In this document: piece by piece, positions 1 through 13,280 of the stretch
How the letters are laid out: each line of letters opens with the position of its first letter
Position numbering within the stretch: position 1 is the stretch's first letter
Assembly: GCA_013265495.1 (NCBI GenBank)
Contig: MU058584.1
Coordinates: forward strand, 6,848,407-6,912,406
Direction of reading: 5' to 3'
Origin: Vicugna vicugna
Taxonomy: Eukaryota
DNA: 64,000 nt
The notes under the pieces: model-generated
Told to the model about the DNA's origin: nothing
Databases searched by the model: none
Seen by the model: only the letters and a program-made list of their open reading frames with translations
Made by a program: the position numbers and the translations under genes

Positions 1-1380
1 GCACAGGTATATGATCTAAAAGGTTTGGGGAAACAAACCTAGTGTACAGCTCTGTTACTACAGCAACAGCCCCGGCAGGGAGGATGGCATTTACCATGTC
101 ATACCACCCACATCTGCCTGTTGCATATGCCCATTAAGTCAAGGAGGACTTGAGACACTCTGCCTGTGAAGCCAGGTAATGTGGCTCATGCCAGTAAGGA
201 AGTACATTCTGTTGGAACCAGAGGTAAGTGCATGTGCGTGTGTATATATGTCAGTATGCATTTTTTTGTTTGTTTTAATTTTACCCTCTGATCACCTCCA
301 AGCAAACTGGTTGCGAGTCAAGCTCTGCCTTTATTTATTTAACAGGATTTCCTATCACCTATTATGCAACAGTACTGGGCTGACTAATCTGAAGTTCTGG
401 AAGATACACAAGATTTAGTTCCTTCTATTGTTTATCCATTCAGCAGCCAATGCCCAACAAATATTGGGCACTTTTTATGAGTCAGCACTGTGTCAGACAA
501 GAAATAAACACAGAAATAAATCAGACTACTTCTTGACTTCAAAGGGCAATCAACAGGTGGAGGTGGGATGACAGGTTCCCAGGCCATCACAAAAGGAGGT
601 AATGAGACTTCAATGACATTAGTGTGGCAGTGGTGGCACCATGAATAGAGAACCTGACTTAGTTGGAATGAAGTTATCAAAGGAGGCTTCCCAGAGGACT
701 CCAAGCTGAGTCACACATGACCAACAGACCTGGAAGAACTTAGCATACTTTTAAGTAAATAAGTGCTCGATAAGTAAATTATTAAATGGATGTTAAAAAC
801 TACCTAAGGATTATTTAGTGTCAAATTTCCTTGGGTTACCACAAAAGTGGGAAAATAGGCAAGCAGCGGGCTCATCTCAGGGCTGAGGCAGCTGTCACGG
901 TTTGGGATGCCTAGCAAGTCCAGGAGTAGGGTGTGTAGGGAGGACTGGAGGAGACCAGACACAGAGAACAGAATTAAATCCTTGGCATCTTCTTGGCCTA
1001 ATTTTAGCTAGGGATTTATATATTTCCCCCATCAACCCAGCAACTACCACCAGTCACCACCACTGAGGCTTACTGGATTACCGTGTCTTTACTAGACCTG
1101 TTAGTCTTGTGAGTCTGCAAAGATTAAACTTGTCACAGTTGAATACAGAACCTTCTTGTTCCAAGATGTCAGGTTCGCATTCTTTTAACACCTACACATT
1201 CACCCTCTGGGTGAGTTTGCTTCTATCTGGTTTCAGTCATGGACTATTCATCTTGACCCACCTCTTTAAAAATGCTCCTGCCTGGATACTGAGGGAAATG
1301 TATGGAGATGCCCATGGGATTCTGTTGTATTTGCTTATTTCTTAGAGTGATGTTGAAATCTATGTTGCCTTCCCCACCAG

Positions 1381-1580
1381 GTCATTATCAGCACCAGAAG
1401 TGGTTCCTGGGTCATGAGTCGGGTTTGGGATGATGGCTATCCTTGGGACATGGTGTATGTTACCCGCTTTGCATCCTTTCTCCGGAATGCCCTTCCTTCA
1501 TTTGTCTCTGACTGGTTATACGTCAAGAAGATGAACACATGGTTTAAGCATGAGAACTACGGCCTGATGCCTTTAAATGG
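1381..1580 (+). CDS. FMO6: FMO6 coding exon 6 (200 bp)
   Basis: Acceptor ccaccag|, donor |gtacca. Translates [67 protein letters not shown]. 200 bp is the standard FMO exon 6 size. The FMO3-like sequence directly upstream of FMO2 fits FMO6 in the order FMO3-FMO6-FMO2-FMO1-FMO4. Confidence 0.9.
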
Positions 1581-2018
1581 GTACCACAAATAATACATTT
1601 TTTATTTTTTTTAAAAAGTGGGGCACTGGTTTAAGTTGGATTCTTTCTCTCTTTCTCTCTAGGTCTTGGTTTTATTTGCCTTATCGAGGCTGGTGGGATT
1701 GAATTAAGGACTGCATAAGTGATAACAGTATACTCAGAGACCACGAATGAGATGAAGATCTTATTGAAATTAGTCTAGTGGGAAAGGGAGTATGAAAGAA
1801 TACAAAATGGGGATAGAGCAGGCAGCAAGATCTCCCTGACATGCAAGATTTGATTATGGTTTCTACAAGCCATAGCATAGAATTTTGAGAGTGGAGCCAA
1901 TTCATGAATTGGTTTTTTTAGGACTATCTTGTTCATGTTTACGGATGACTAGAGATAGCAATAATAACACTGATTCCTCAAAACTGCACTTAGTAAAATT
2001 TAAAATGTAAGAATTATT

Positions 2019-2202
2019 GAGGGGAGGGTATAGCTCAGTGGTAGAGTGTGTGCTTAGCAAGCATGAGGTCCTGGGTTCAATCCCCAGTACCTCCATTAAA
2101 GATAAATGAACAAATAAACCTAATTAGCTCCCCCCAAAAAAATTAATTTAAAATTAATTTTAAAATTAATAAAAAGCATAAATTGCAATAAAAAATAAAA
2201 AT
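2019..2202 (+). mobile_element. tRNA-derived SINE, Vic-1-like (camelid)
   Basis: GGGGAGGGTATAGCTCAGTGGTAGAG (A box) ... GGTTCAATCCCC (B box), then AAATAAACCTAATTA-CTCCCCC and an A-rich tail. Degenerate TSD aaaatgtaa(ga/cc)attat at ~2002 and ~2203. Confidence 0.85.
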
Positions 2203-3339
2203 AAAATGTAACCATTATCTTATGAACTATAAAGCTTTACATATATTGATTTTATTTGTCTCTAATTTTCTAGTATGCTTCTAAGGAGCAACTAGCAAGG
2301 TACTATTAACCAACATGTCTCAGGAAGTAGAAAGTCTCAGAATGAAAGGACACAACTCCATGGAAGAGTTGACATTTCCGCAGAACAGTCAGGAGTCATG
2401 GAACATGTAACACAATGGAGGGTCACAGAACTGATGTAGCCTGTCAAATTAATAAGATTCATTTATTTACTTCTCTATAGAGACAGAGCCCAACACCTAC
2501 TAACAAGAAAGGCTTTCTAGGTAGAAAATCAGTATATCAATTAAAAAAAGAATAAAGTGGCTAAGAAAAGAAAAGGATCCCCTGGGAATTTCACCTTTGG
2601 TCCATGCTACAAAAGTATTTCATTAGGTTTAGAGAAACAGGTTTAAAAAAAAGTTACGAGCAAATTGTAAACTGGAGTAGTGAATGTCAGGGTTAGTAGC
2701 CAAACCCTCACTCCACAGCCTGGCAAACTGCTACATCCCTAAAGGAAAAGATGTTGATTTCATTCATTCAAAATTATTTTTAATGTAATAGATGTTTCAA
2801 ACCTTGAACTGATTATGACTTTTTTTTTGTTATGTAAGAGTAACTGCAAACTGTATTTTGGCTTTCTCCTTCAGACAATTAAAATATAATTTTGGGAATC
2901 CATTTATTCTAACTCTTCCCAGGAAGGGTTCCAATTACCATAAGGTGTTGATGACACCTTCTCACTCCCTTGCTGGGGACAGGTTTGGGGCAGGGGGGCT
3001 GGTTACCACCTTGTAAGGTAAAAGAAAAGGTTGCAGAATTATAGAGATGGAGAACAGTGTGGACAATAGAAACAAATTCTGAGATTTATAAAGTGTCTTA
3101 GTGATTGAGGTAGTTAGAGGAAACTCCAGAATCCCTGAAGGAAATGAGTCAAAATGAAGAATGGCATCCAAAAAGGAAAAAATCATTCCTAGAATTTTGG
3201 CAACTGAAATGCAGTACCAAAGTTGTTGGACTTTCTTTTGTGACCACAGTTGATGAAAGGAAACTAAATGTGTCAAAACAACATCCCACCACGGTGGATC
3301 TGATTTCCTCATGTAAAATGAGAGCTTAGTTATAATAGT

Positions 3340-3500
3340 TCACTTAGAATAATGATGCTTGCATGTACCAGGCACCGTTTTAAGTGCTCTACAGATAATG
3401 GTTCATTTGATTCTCACAACAGCCATATGAGGTAGATTCTATATTATCCCCATTTTCCACATAAGGAAACAAATCCAGAGAAGGAGCAGCTAGATTATAA
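3340..3500 (+). mobile_element. MIR SINE fragment
   Basis: MIR core-like ctcacaacagccatatgaggtag...attatccccattttcc...gaaac. Boundaries approximate. Confidence 0.65.
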
Positions 3501-3727
3501 AGTTGGGGTTGAGTTTCAAGGGGCCAACCAAAAGAGGAAGCTCAGACAGATATTCTAAAGGACTGTTACTAGCAATAGAAAAGGAATTGCCAAAAGAAGA
3601 GAGTTTAGTTGTCCTCATGCTGACGTTTAACTGCTCAAATTTGGTTTCAATGCTCTGGACTATTGCAGATGTTTCTTGGAAATGAGGTATTTTACAGCAA
3701 GGGCCTTTTTCTCTTTTTTCTGCACAG

Positions 3728-4083
3728 CACCCTGAGGAAAGAGCCTGTGTTCAATGATGAGCTCCCATCCCGCATCCTCTGTGGTACCGTGTCCATCAAG
3801 CCCAGCGTGAAGGAGTTCACAGAGACTTCGGCCATTTTTGAGGATGGGACTATGTTTGAGGCCATTGACTTTGTCATCTTTGCAACAGGCTATGGCTATG
3901 CCTACCCCTTCCTTGATGACTCCATCATCAAAAGCAGAAACAATGAGGTCACCTTGTATAAAGGCATCTTCCCCCCGCTGATGGAGAAGCCAACCTTGGC
4001 AGTGATTGGCCTTGTCCAGTCCCTGGGGGCTGCCATCCCCACAGCTGACCTGCAGGCCCGCTGGGCAGTTAAAGTGTTTTCAA
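3728..4083 (+). CDS. FMO6: FMO6 coding exon 7 (356 bp)
   Basis: tgcacag| ... |gtaagt. [25 protein letters not shown]...[12 protein letters not shown]...[11 protein letters not shown], with the FATGY motif. Phase matches exons 6 and 8. Confidence 0.92.
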
Positions 4084-4104
4084 GTAAGTGGGCCATTTTA
4101 TCTT

Positions 4105-4510
4105 TATTCATTTAGTCAACAAATATTTACCGAGTACCTACTATATGCCAAGCAATGTGCTAGATGCAAGGGATATAAAGCGAACCAGACAGACAGGATC
4201 CTTGACCTCGCAGAGCTGAAAACAGGGTGAGGGGAATGCTACAATAGGGATAGGGTGTTCTGGTGAGGGGAGTTCGGTAGTGAGTTATTTCATGAAGATG
4301 GGACAGGATGAGAAAAATGTATAAAGGTGAGGAACAGCACGTCGTGTGTGAAGAACCAGAAATATTGGTGTATTGAAATATAAAGCAGAGTCAGGGAGTG
4401 GCCAGAAACAAAGGAAGGAACCAGAGCATGGAGTGCCTTAAAAGCTGTTAAGGAGTTTAGACTCTCAGAGGGGAATTGGTAGGACTTTGCAAGGCTATAA
4501 GCAAGAGAAG
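4105..4510. mobile_element. L2 LINE 3' fragment
   Basis: ttcatttagtcaacaaatatttaccgagtacctactatatgcca is the typical L2 end motif. Boundaries approximate. Confidence 0.6.
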
Positions 4511-5944
4511 GACAGCAATGAGTCACTGCAATGTGAAGTTACATTGCAAAGGCTGAAAGGGCCCCAGTGGATGTCGGGGCATGCTGGAGATATTACTGGC
4601 ATCAACTGTGTCAGAATAACAATGTCAGGCCACTCCTACTCTATTGATAATCTTTTCCCCATTTCTCCCTCTAAACCCCATGGGCTCCAGGGACTTCAAA
4701 TATGTTTGTGTGGGGAAATCAAGAATATGAGGATAACACAGAGAAAGTCACTGTCTCAAATATTGATTTAACTTGCTCCAATCATATTGATCACCACTGT
4801 TATTAAAAGTGTCCATTTATTCAAGGATTCAAGACTCTTGGCCAATATAGGTATACCTTACCTAACACACTGTCCATAAAAACTTTGACTGTAGGTAATG
4901 AAGAGAAAATTACAAACATTTATGTGATGTGATATTTTCTTAAAATGTGGTGGATAAATAAGCTTCTATTTCAAATATATCATAAAGAATCATTATTTTT
5001 TTTTAAATGCTGTCATGAAATCTTTTGTAAGGGTGCTCCTGTATGAAATGATTCCACTGTCTTTTCCCTTAAAAGACACAACAGTGCCAAGCACCTGAGG
5101 TTTTAGGGGAAGACTGGAGACAGTTCACAAACCCAAGAAATTTCCATGAAACAGAGGGCATCATTTATTCATTCAGCAAATATTTATTGAGTACCTACTA
5201 TGCTCCAGGCTCTGTCTTGGCACTTAAAATACATCAAGCATGACCAAAATTCTGGTCCCTTACTTTCTAATCGGGGTGCAGCAAATATCTGACCACACTG
5301 GGAAGTTTTCATGCAAATGTCCTAACATCCCGTGCCATTGTTACAAAGGCAAATGAGCTAGTTAGCAATTGGAAGAGGCCTCCACTGATACAGTGAAATT
5401 TTCAAAAAACTAAAAAATGTTTGCTGCTCTTTAAAGTATCTTTAAAACATCTTCCTTGGCTGCAGACAGATGCTGGAAAATCCGTGCTTTCTCCTGTTGT
5501 CCCATTTTAATTGCCTTGGACCTTAGATTGAATTATTTTACCAGATTATTTCTTGATAGAATTTTTAGTAGGAGGATGCAGACAAGAAATATGAAGAAAC
5601 TGTTAAGCTATTACATGCATGAGGTATATCTGAGGCATGTTGAGGATTAGATCCCCCATAGTGTCAACAGAAATATGAGGTTGGGCGATTTGAGCTACAG
5701 ACTTTTCCACTGTCACTATCTCATTGCAGGCCAGCTTTACTATTCCCAGAGCAGGTTCACTGGCTTCTTAGATCATTGTATCTGTGAATTGTTATTCTGC
5801 TAAAGATCCCAAAGATAGTTCCTCCTGATACAAAATCTTTTAGGGATACAGTTCATAAGCACTGTGTGAAACTCATCATGTGTCATTACGTATTTCTGAT
5901 TTCTGTCTTTTTTTCAGTATTTCTCTCTTCGTTTCCTTTTTTAG

Positions 5945-6017
5945 ACTCATGTACCCTACCAACTAAAAATGAAATGATGGATGACATTGATGAGAAAATG
6001 GGGAAGAAACTCAAGTG
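5945..6017 (+). CDS. FMO6: FMO6 coding exon 8 (73 bp)
   Basis: Long pyrimidine tract then ttag| ... |gtaaga. (N)[23 protein letters not shown](W). Standard 73 bp size. Confidence 0.9.
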
Positions 6018-6199
6018 GTAAGAGATTGTACTTGCTGATGAAACAAACCCTAAAATTTGCCTTGATAATGTAGGAAAATGTTAGTATATTCTATAATCTT
6101 GTCACTAGTCAAAGTTCACATTTTTGGGACACTTGTTATAACCGAGCAGTATTGAATAGGCAAATAATAGCCTAAACTTCTCCTGTATAACTCTAGGGC

Positions 6200-6396
6200 A
6201 CAGGTTCTAAAACAGGGATGCCCAGGGGACATTTGGCAAAGTCTGGAGACATTTTTGGTCATCTCAAGTGAAGAGGGTGTGTCACTGGCATCTAATGAGT
6301 AGAAACAAGGGATGCTGCTAAATATCCTACAGTGCAGAGGACAGTCCACCTAAACAATTATCCTGCTCAAAATGTGAGTCGTGCTGAGGTTGAGAA
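6200..6396. mobile_element. MER20-like hAT-Charlie DNA transposon
   Basis: ggggacatttggcaaagtctggagacatttttgg...ggcatcta...gggatgctgctaaatatcctacagtgcagaggacag...gctgaggttgagaaa. Confidence 0.8.
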
Positions 6397-7464
6397 ATTA
6401 CTCTCTTTCCCCAAGAGTTTCTCTCCTGTCAGCCAATTAGTTAGCTGGGAACTGAGAAGTGGCAGTGCTATAATAAGAAAGACAAGTGAAGAATTCAGTT
6501 GAGTTCACCTGCCCTAGTACTGTCTACTAAAAGAATATTCACTTCTGATTCATCCAAACATCAGTTTTCAAGTATACCATAAATGGGATTTGTAGAAGGT
6601 TAGGTAGCTAGACATCAGACATTTAAATGTACTTTTTTTAATGTTAATTACTTCTATGAAAGTAAATCCTTTTTAAATTAAATATCAAAATCTGCTGAAA
6701 AATAATTGGTGTATCACATCTAGATGATTAAGTGAACCCATCATTTATTGACTTCCTCAAGAAAGTCACTGGGTAAGAGCCTAGAGAAGACATGGGTAGC
6801 CTCAGACTCAATAGAACCTCCCCTGAACCTCCTCTAGTTCACAGGACATCTCTGTGAACTAGGCACTCCTATGCGCTAACAATTCATGCAGCTTACTCCA
6901 CTTATTACCCTTTAGGTTAGAGTCCAATAGGAATAAAGAGGAGGGAAAAGTCTTCAGTGTCAATCTTATTTCTTAAATGATAGGCTGCTCTTCAGAGTTT
7001 CTAATGCAAATAAGACCACACTCCAACTAAAAGTATAAAACAATTAATATTAGTAAAATGCAGCAATATTAAAACCATACATAAATTCAACTTTAAACAC
7101 ATCCACATGAAATCTAATATTGGGAGAGATCCTAAGCAACATTATATAAAGAATAATCATGTATTAAAGAGTGAACTAAGTTAATAAATCACCTTGAGTC
7201 CCTAGGGTCAGTTCATTCCAGACCACATGGCTAGAAGCAAAAGCCCAAAATGACATCAAACTTGGATAGACATTAGGAAGGAGAGGAAAAAACAAAACAG
7301 CTCATTTACAGCCAGAAAACAAATGATAAATTCAGTGTTGTGGAAAAAGAGAGGAGTGGGGGTATTACTGGAGGTGCTGACTAAAATATTACCTTTCTGA
7401 GACTAAAAAATAAGAAATTGGTGCTTCTGTTTACTCATTTCGACATTTTCTTTTCTTTCCTCAG

Positions 7465-7807
7465 GTTCGGCCAGAGCCAGACTTTGCAGACAGATTACAT
7501 TACATACATGGATGAGCTAGGCTCCTTCATAGGGGCCAAGCCTAACATACCGCGGCTCTTCCTGACTGATCCCCAGCTGGCCCTGGAGGTGTACTTTGGT
7601 CCTTGTAGCCCATACCAGTTTCGACTGATGGGACCAAGGAAGTGGGATGGGGCCAGAAATGCCATCCTGACCCAGTGGGACAGGACAGTAAAGCCAACCA
7701 GGACAAGAGCTGTTGGTGAAGCTAAGAGACCACAGCCCTTCTACAATTTGCTAAAAATGCTTTTATTGCCAATGCTTGTTCTGGCTGTTTTGCTTACATT
7801 TTATTAA
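7465..7807 (+). CDS. FMO6: FMO6 terminal coding exon 9 (343 coding bp)
   Basis: tcctcag| [29 protein letters not shown]...[11 protein letters not shown]...hydrophobic C-terminal anchor, ending in TAA at 7805-7807. Confidence 0.92.
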
Positions 7808-7856
7808 TTAGGAAGTTCTTTGGGTCTCACAGTTCAGCCTAGAAGTTCAATTGCAA

Positions 7857-7857
<1 letters not shown>

Positions 7858-7890
<33 letters not shown>
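7858..7890. repeat. (TG)n microsatellite in the FMO6 3' UTR
   Basis: About 16 perfect TG units, 50 bp after the stop codon. Confidence 0.95.
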
Positions 7891-7893
<3 letters not shown>

Positions 7894-7962
7894 ATCTCAT
7901 AGCTGCTCTTTCCCTTCCTGCAGATGTAAAAATGAATCCTGGCCCATTTGGATCAAAGCCTA

Positions 7963-7968
7963 AATAAA
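7963..7968 (+). terminator. Candidate FMO6 polyadenylation signal
   Basis: First AATAAA after the stop codon, ~155 bp downstream. Confidence 0.45.
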
Positions 7969-8104
7969 ATGGAAAATACTCAGTCTCTCCTTTTCTGATA
8001 AGAATCTGTACTCTAAAAGGATTTTCAGGTACTGAATTGGCAAAATTGGAGATGCTCAAGAGGGTAAATGAGAGTGAGCACAGATTTGCAGGCTGAACAA
8101 AGTT

Positions 8105-9235
8105 TAATAAACTTTTTAAAGTGTGTTTTGTCATGGGGAGAAGTGAAATCATGATATTGAGTCTTCCAAACCATAACCCATATATCTCTCCATTTATTTA
8201 GATCTTCAATTTCTCTCATCAGTGTTATAAAGCATTTAGTATACAGGTCTTACCCATCTTATCTCAGATTTATCCTAAGTAGCATACGCTTTTTAATGTT
8301 ATTATATATTAGTTCATTTTTTAAAATTTCTTATTGTTTGTTGCTAATATATAGAAATGTACTCATTTGTTCTAGAAACTTTATGTAGATTCCATAGTAT
8401 TTTCTATGTAGAAAATCATGTTGTATAAAAATAAAGATAAGTTTACTTCTCCCATTGCTATTTGAATGTCTTTTATTCTTCTTGCCTTATTGCACTGGTT
8501 AGAAACTCTAGTATGTTAGATAGAACACACTAGAGATCAGATATCCTTGCCTTGTTCCTGATCTTAGGAATAAAGTATTCAGTCTTTTACCATTAGGCAT
8601 AATTTTAGCTATAGATTTTTCATAAATGCTCTTTATTAAGTTGAAGAATTTTTCTTCTATCCTTATTTGCTGACAATTTTCATCAGGAATGGACATTGGA
8701 TTTTTTCAAATACTTTTTTCTGCATCTGTTGAGATGATCATACGCTCTTTAATGTTTCTTTAAAAATATGGTGAATTCTGTTGACTATTAAGCCAATCTT
8801 GCATTCCTGAAATAAAACTCACTTGATCATGATATATTATCCATTTCATATACTATAGGATTATATTTGTTACCATTTGCTAAGAATTTTTGCATGTTTA
8901 TTTTAGAGGGATATTAATCTGCATTTAATTTTTTTATAATACTTCTGTCTGGTTTTGGTATCAGTGTAATGATTGCCTTACAGAGTTGGAGAGTGTTCTG
9001 TCCTCTTTAATTTTCTGGAAGAGTTATATATAATTGGCATTATTGCTTTCTCAAATGTTTGACAGAGTTCACCAGTGAAGTCATCTTGACCACTGAAATT
9101 CTTTGTGGGAAAAAATTTTAACTACAAATTGAAGTTTTTTAATAGATGTAGGGTAACTCAGCTTATATGTTTCTTCTTGAGAGAGCTATGTTTCTTTCAA
9201 GCAATCTGTTCCTTTTATCTAGAATAATTCAATGA
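8105..9235 (-). mobile_element. Old L1 ORF2 fragment
   Basis: Minus-strand translations IEDLNKWRDI and NLIKSIYEKSIAKIMPNGKRLNTLFLRSGTRQG are degraded L1 ORF2 (RT region) motifs. Confidence 0.85.
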
Positions 9236-10119
9236 AGACAAGAAAGTCTTTTCAACAAATGGTATTGGAACTCATGATATGAAAATAATCGTGATCTAGA
9301 AACTTACAGAGACACTTAGGGAGAAAAAGGCAAATGATATTTTGAATGGGGATGTCTATGCTTCAGGAACATGTTTTAGGGTGTGAGTCTGCTCCCCACC
9401 CCAGATTCAATCCTGGAGAGGTGTTTTCCCCAACCAAGGATCTGATGGAAGTGTGACTAAGTGCAGTGTTAGTCCATCAGACCTCGAATATTTGAACCAA
9501 CTGGAAATTTCTTTGGCAAACTGGAGTTGTTGATATCTTACTCAATCAAAAGGACAGCGTTAACTAATTTTATGACCTCTATGTACTTGGTAATCTATGT
9601 AATAAACAGACATAAGCATGTCTCCTCCCATCATCTTTATCAGTTAATGCAAAATTAGATGAGAACAAAGAATTGTTGTGGAGTAACAGAGGGCTAGAAA
9701 GCATGCTAACTCAAGGGCATTTCATTCTTCTGACTGGGTACTTAGCTGGCTCATTGGTGAAATTCTTGTTTGTATGTATGAGAATGTGTATATGTAGGTG
9801 TGTGACTTTTATGACTGAATCTAGCATAAGGACTATAACAGACAAACTCCTTAACAAATTGAATAAATAAAATCTTTTTTACCAGTTCATAATCAATGAT
9901 AAACACTCATTTTTTTCTGCTCCAGTTATTTTATTCATATTAGTTAGTACCAAAGACATGATCTATTAGAAGGAGAATATACACAAATGTATACATTGTA
10001 GTATCACTCATTTTAGCAAAACAAAGTGGGAAGGGGAGGAGAAGGAGAGATCTAAATATTTAACACAGTAATGGTTTAATGAATAATGGTACCTAAAGCA
10101 TAATGAAATGTGAAGCAAT

Positions 10120-10828
10120 TTTTTTGACATAAAGTTGATTTATAGTATTGTGTTAGTTTCAGTTGTAAAGCAAAGAGATTTGGTTATATGTATATTTTTT
10201 CAGATTATTTTCCATTATAGGTTATTGTAAGATACTGAATATAATTCCCTCTGTTATACAGCAAATCCTTGTTGCTTATCTATTTTATGTATAGTAGTTT
10301 GTATCTATTAAGCCCATACTCCTAATTTATCCCTCCTCCCTTTCCACTTTGGTAACCATAAGTTTGTTTTCTATGTCTGTGAGTCTGTTTCTGTTTTATA
10401 TAGATTCATCTATATTATTTTTTAGATTCCATATGTAAGTGATAACATAATATTTGTCTTTCTCTGACTTACTTTACTTAGTATGATGATCTCTAGGTCC
10501 ATCCATATTGCTGCAAATGGCAACATTTTATTCTTTTTATGGCTGAGTAGTATTCTATTGTATAAACATACCACAACTTCTTCACCCATTTATCTGTCTA
10601 TGGACATTTAGGTCGCTCCTACGTCTCGGCTATTGTAAATAGTGCTGCTATGAACATTGGAGTGCATGTGTCTTTTCAAGTTAGAGTTTTTTCTGGATAT
10701 ATGCCCGGGAGTGGGATTGCTGGATCATGTGGTAACTCTATTTTTAGTTTTTTTTAAAGAATCTCTACACAGTTTTCCATAGTGGCTGTACCAATTCACA
10801 TTCCCACCAACAGTGTAGAAGATTCCCA
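10120..10828 (-). mobile_element. L1 3' end (ORF2 C-terminus plus 3' UTR)
   Basis: T-rich start, ggtaaccataagtttgttttctatgtctgtgagtctg, gctattgtaaatagtgctgctatgaacattgg, cattcccaccaacagtgtag. Confidence 0.9.
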
Positions 10829-13139
10829 AATGGGGTTTTAAGTAGAGAAGTGTCAAAAATTAAATTAACAATATAAGAAATTTATCTGGCTCCAGATGGA
10901 ACATGTATAAGTGGGCAAGAGAAGAAATAAGAAAACTTAGTTAGAAACCCATTGCAATAATCCAGGCCTTATTTCAATAATTCAGAAGATATGATAACTC
11001 CAAGAATTATGTGGCTGAAATATCCCTTTATTGTATCTATGAAAGGAGAGTTTCATAAACAATTAATATTTTAAACAAAATTGTAAGAGAAAGCTTAAAC
11101 TATTACAAGGTACAAAATTTTTAAATTACTTTGGAAGCAATCGTGTTCCCATGACTAATGTGCTGGTTTTAAGTGATTATTTATTTTTGAAAGTGTGTTC
11201 TTGAAAGACTTTGATTGGGCAACAATGGGTCTAGTGGCTCAAGTATGTGCAGTACTTGGCAAATACTATGTACTCAATAAATATTTACCAGACAAATGCA
11301 CATACCATTATCTCTTTAAAAATATCCTCTCATTCAGATATTATACCAGTTGACTAGCTTTACTCACTTCCCCAAATTTCTATGAATTAAGTCTTCTATC
11401 CATGAAATATTCTCACAGAATAAAGTATGAGTTATAATTCTACCATGTATTTTACATTTAAAAATAGACTGGGAATTATCCTTGATTTATAAAGTTAAAT
11501 CATATGCTTTTAAATTATACAAAGTATACTAGAATTAAAAGTCATAAATGTGCCTGCAGAGAAAAAAGCCAGCAAAATTCAAGTTGTTTTCCTAAAAACT
11601 GGTCATATTGGAGATGTATTGTTAATGAGATTTAAAGGATTTGATTAAACATAACAAAGAACTTCCTGATAGTGAGAACTGTTAAAAGAAGAATGAGTGA
11701 CAAAGAGAAATTCAACATCTCCTTTTCTAAGAGGCTTTATAAAGACAATAATCCTTTATAAATCTCACGACATCTCTACGTAATATTCACAACATCATGG
11801 ATCAAGTGTAAGGTAAAGTTGACTCTTGATATGACTTCTGTTTTTAAGTTTGAGAAGAAAATGAATAAAGTGAAAAATATTTCAACAGGGACCACTTAGC
11901 CTAGTTAAGAAAACAAACTAATCAGGTACTATAGTAGCACAAAATCCACAAAAATTAGGAATTATGGCAAATATAAATGATGAACTCTTTGCTAAGAAAG
12001 TGCTCTCCAAGGTTCTTATTACATTTGAAAGTGAATTATACTGCATGCATTTAAAAGGTAATCATTATTCAAGCTTTTCACTGATTTTCACTGATAATCT
12101 AAAAGGCTAATGCTAGTCAGTCTCTTTGCCTTAAATTCCAAATTGGTAGGATTATATCAATAATCCTCATGGCACCTAATGAATTAAGGTACCATTTCAA
12201 TTCAAAATTAATGAATACTTTATGTTATAATTACTCAGCAACTAGGACATGCAAAGCATTTTGCTACTAAGGAAAAAATAGCTGCCTTTCAAGAACTTAT
12301 TACCTAACTGGATACATAAGAAAATATGTCAGCAAAAAATCTGGAGTAGTTGAGGACAGTGACGGCTGTAAGGTGAGCCCCATCCCAGGATCTCCTCATC
12401 AAATAATTTGAAACAATTAGAAATAAAAAGTAATTCCTACACCAAAACATGCCTTCAGTGTGACTTAAAGTCAGACCATACCAAAACTGTAAAATAATCG
12501 TGACTAAAAGAGAAAAATCATCAAATCACAACGTGCAACTTCTCACTTTGCCACCTCACCTGATCAAGTTGTAAGACTGTAGAGGCTGACCGAGAAAAAC
12601 TCCATGGAAGACAGACGGAGGTAGTGAAGGGGCCTAAGGATGACGTAAACAACCTCTAAGTTGATGACATTCACTGTACATCACAGAATACTGGAAAAGC
12701 ATCTAGGCAGATCAGAGCACAGACTACAAGGAAGGAACTTCAAATACTAGAAATCTGAAGAACTAGACACCATTTAAAAGAATTGGTGCAATATAAAGAG
12801 GAGCAATTGGAAAAGATAGATTACATTTAAAGAAACAATCTTTGAAATGCATAGCTCTGGGGGAGAAAAAAAAGACAAAAGAAAGGATGACAGCCTTTGG
12901 AAATTTGGTGGTGAAGGGGAAAGTAAGAAAAAGGGAAAAAGAAAAATTTAAGAACCTGCAAAACAAAAAACAACCATAAAATTGGAGAACTCATAACCCC
13001 TCTACCACCATTAAAAGAAACAAAGAAAACTGTTAAATACCTGAACTTTTCTATTCTTTCAGAAGAAGGCATCATTAAATGAGGAATCTAGTAAAACATC
13101 ACAATATCATAAAAATAAAAAGATAAAGGTTATGCTATG

Positions 13140-13280
13140 TCTAGATAGATAGATGAAGGGAGAAAGAGAGAGAAGTGAGAGAGAAAGAAGAAGAAAGAAG
13201 GAGGGGAGGAGGGGGGAAGAGAGGGAGAAAAAAAGGAAGGAGGGAAGAAACAAAGAAGGAAAGAAGGAAGGAAAGAGAAT
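13140..13280. repeat. Purine-rich (GA) low-complexity tract
   Basis: (GATA), (GA), (GAA) and (GGAA) runs. Confidence 0.85.

Noticed and set aside
2021..2095. tRNA gene
   Set aside because: It has an A-rich tail and TSD, and there is a diverged second copy, so it is a SINE head.
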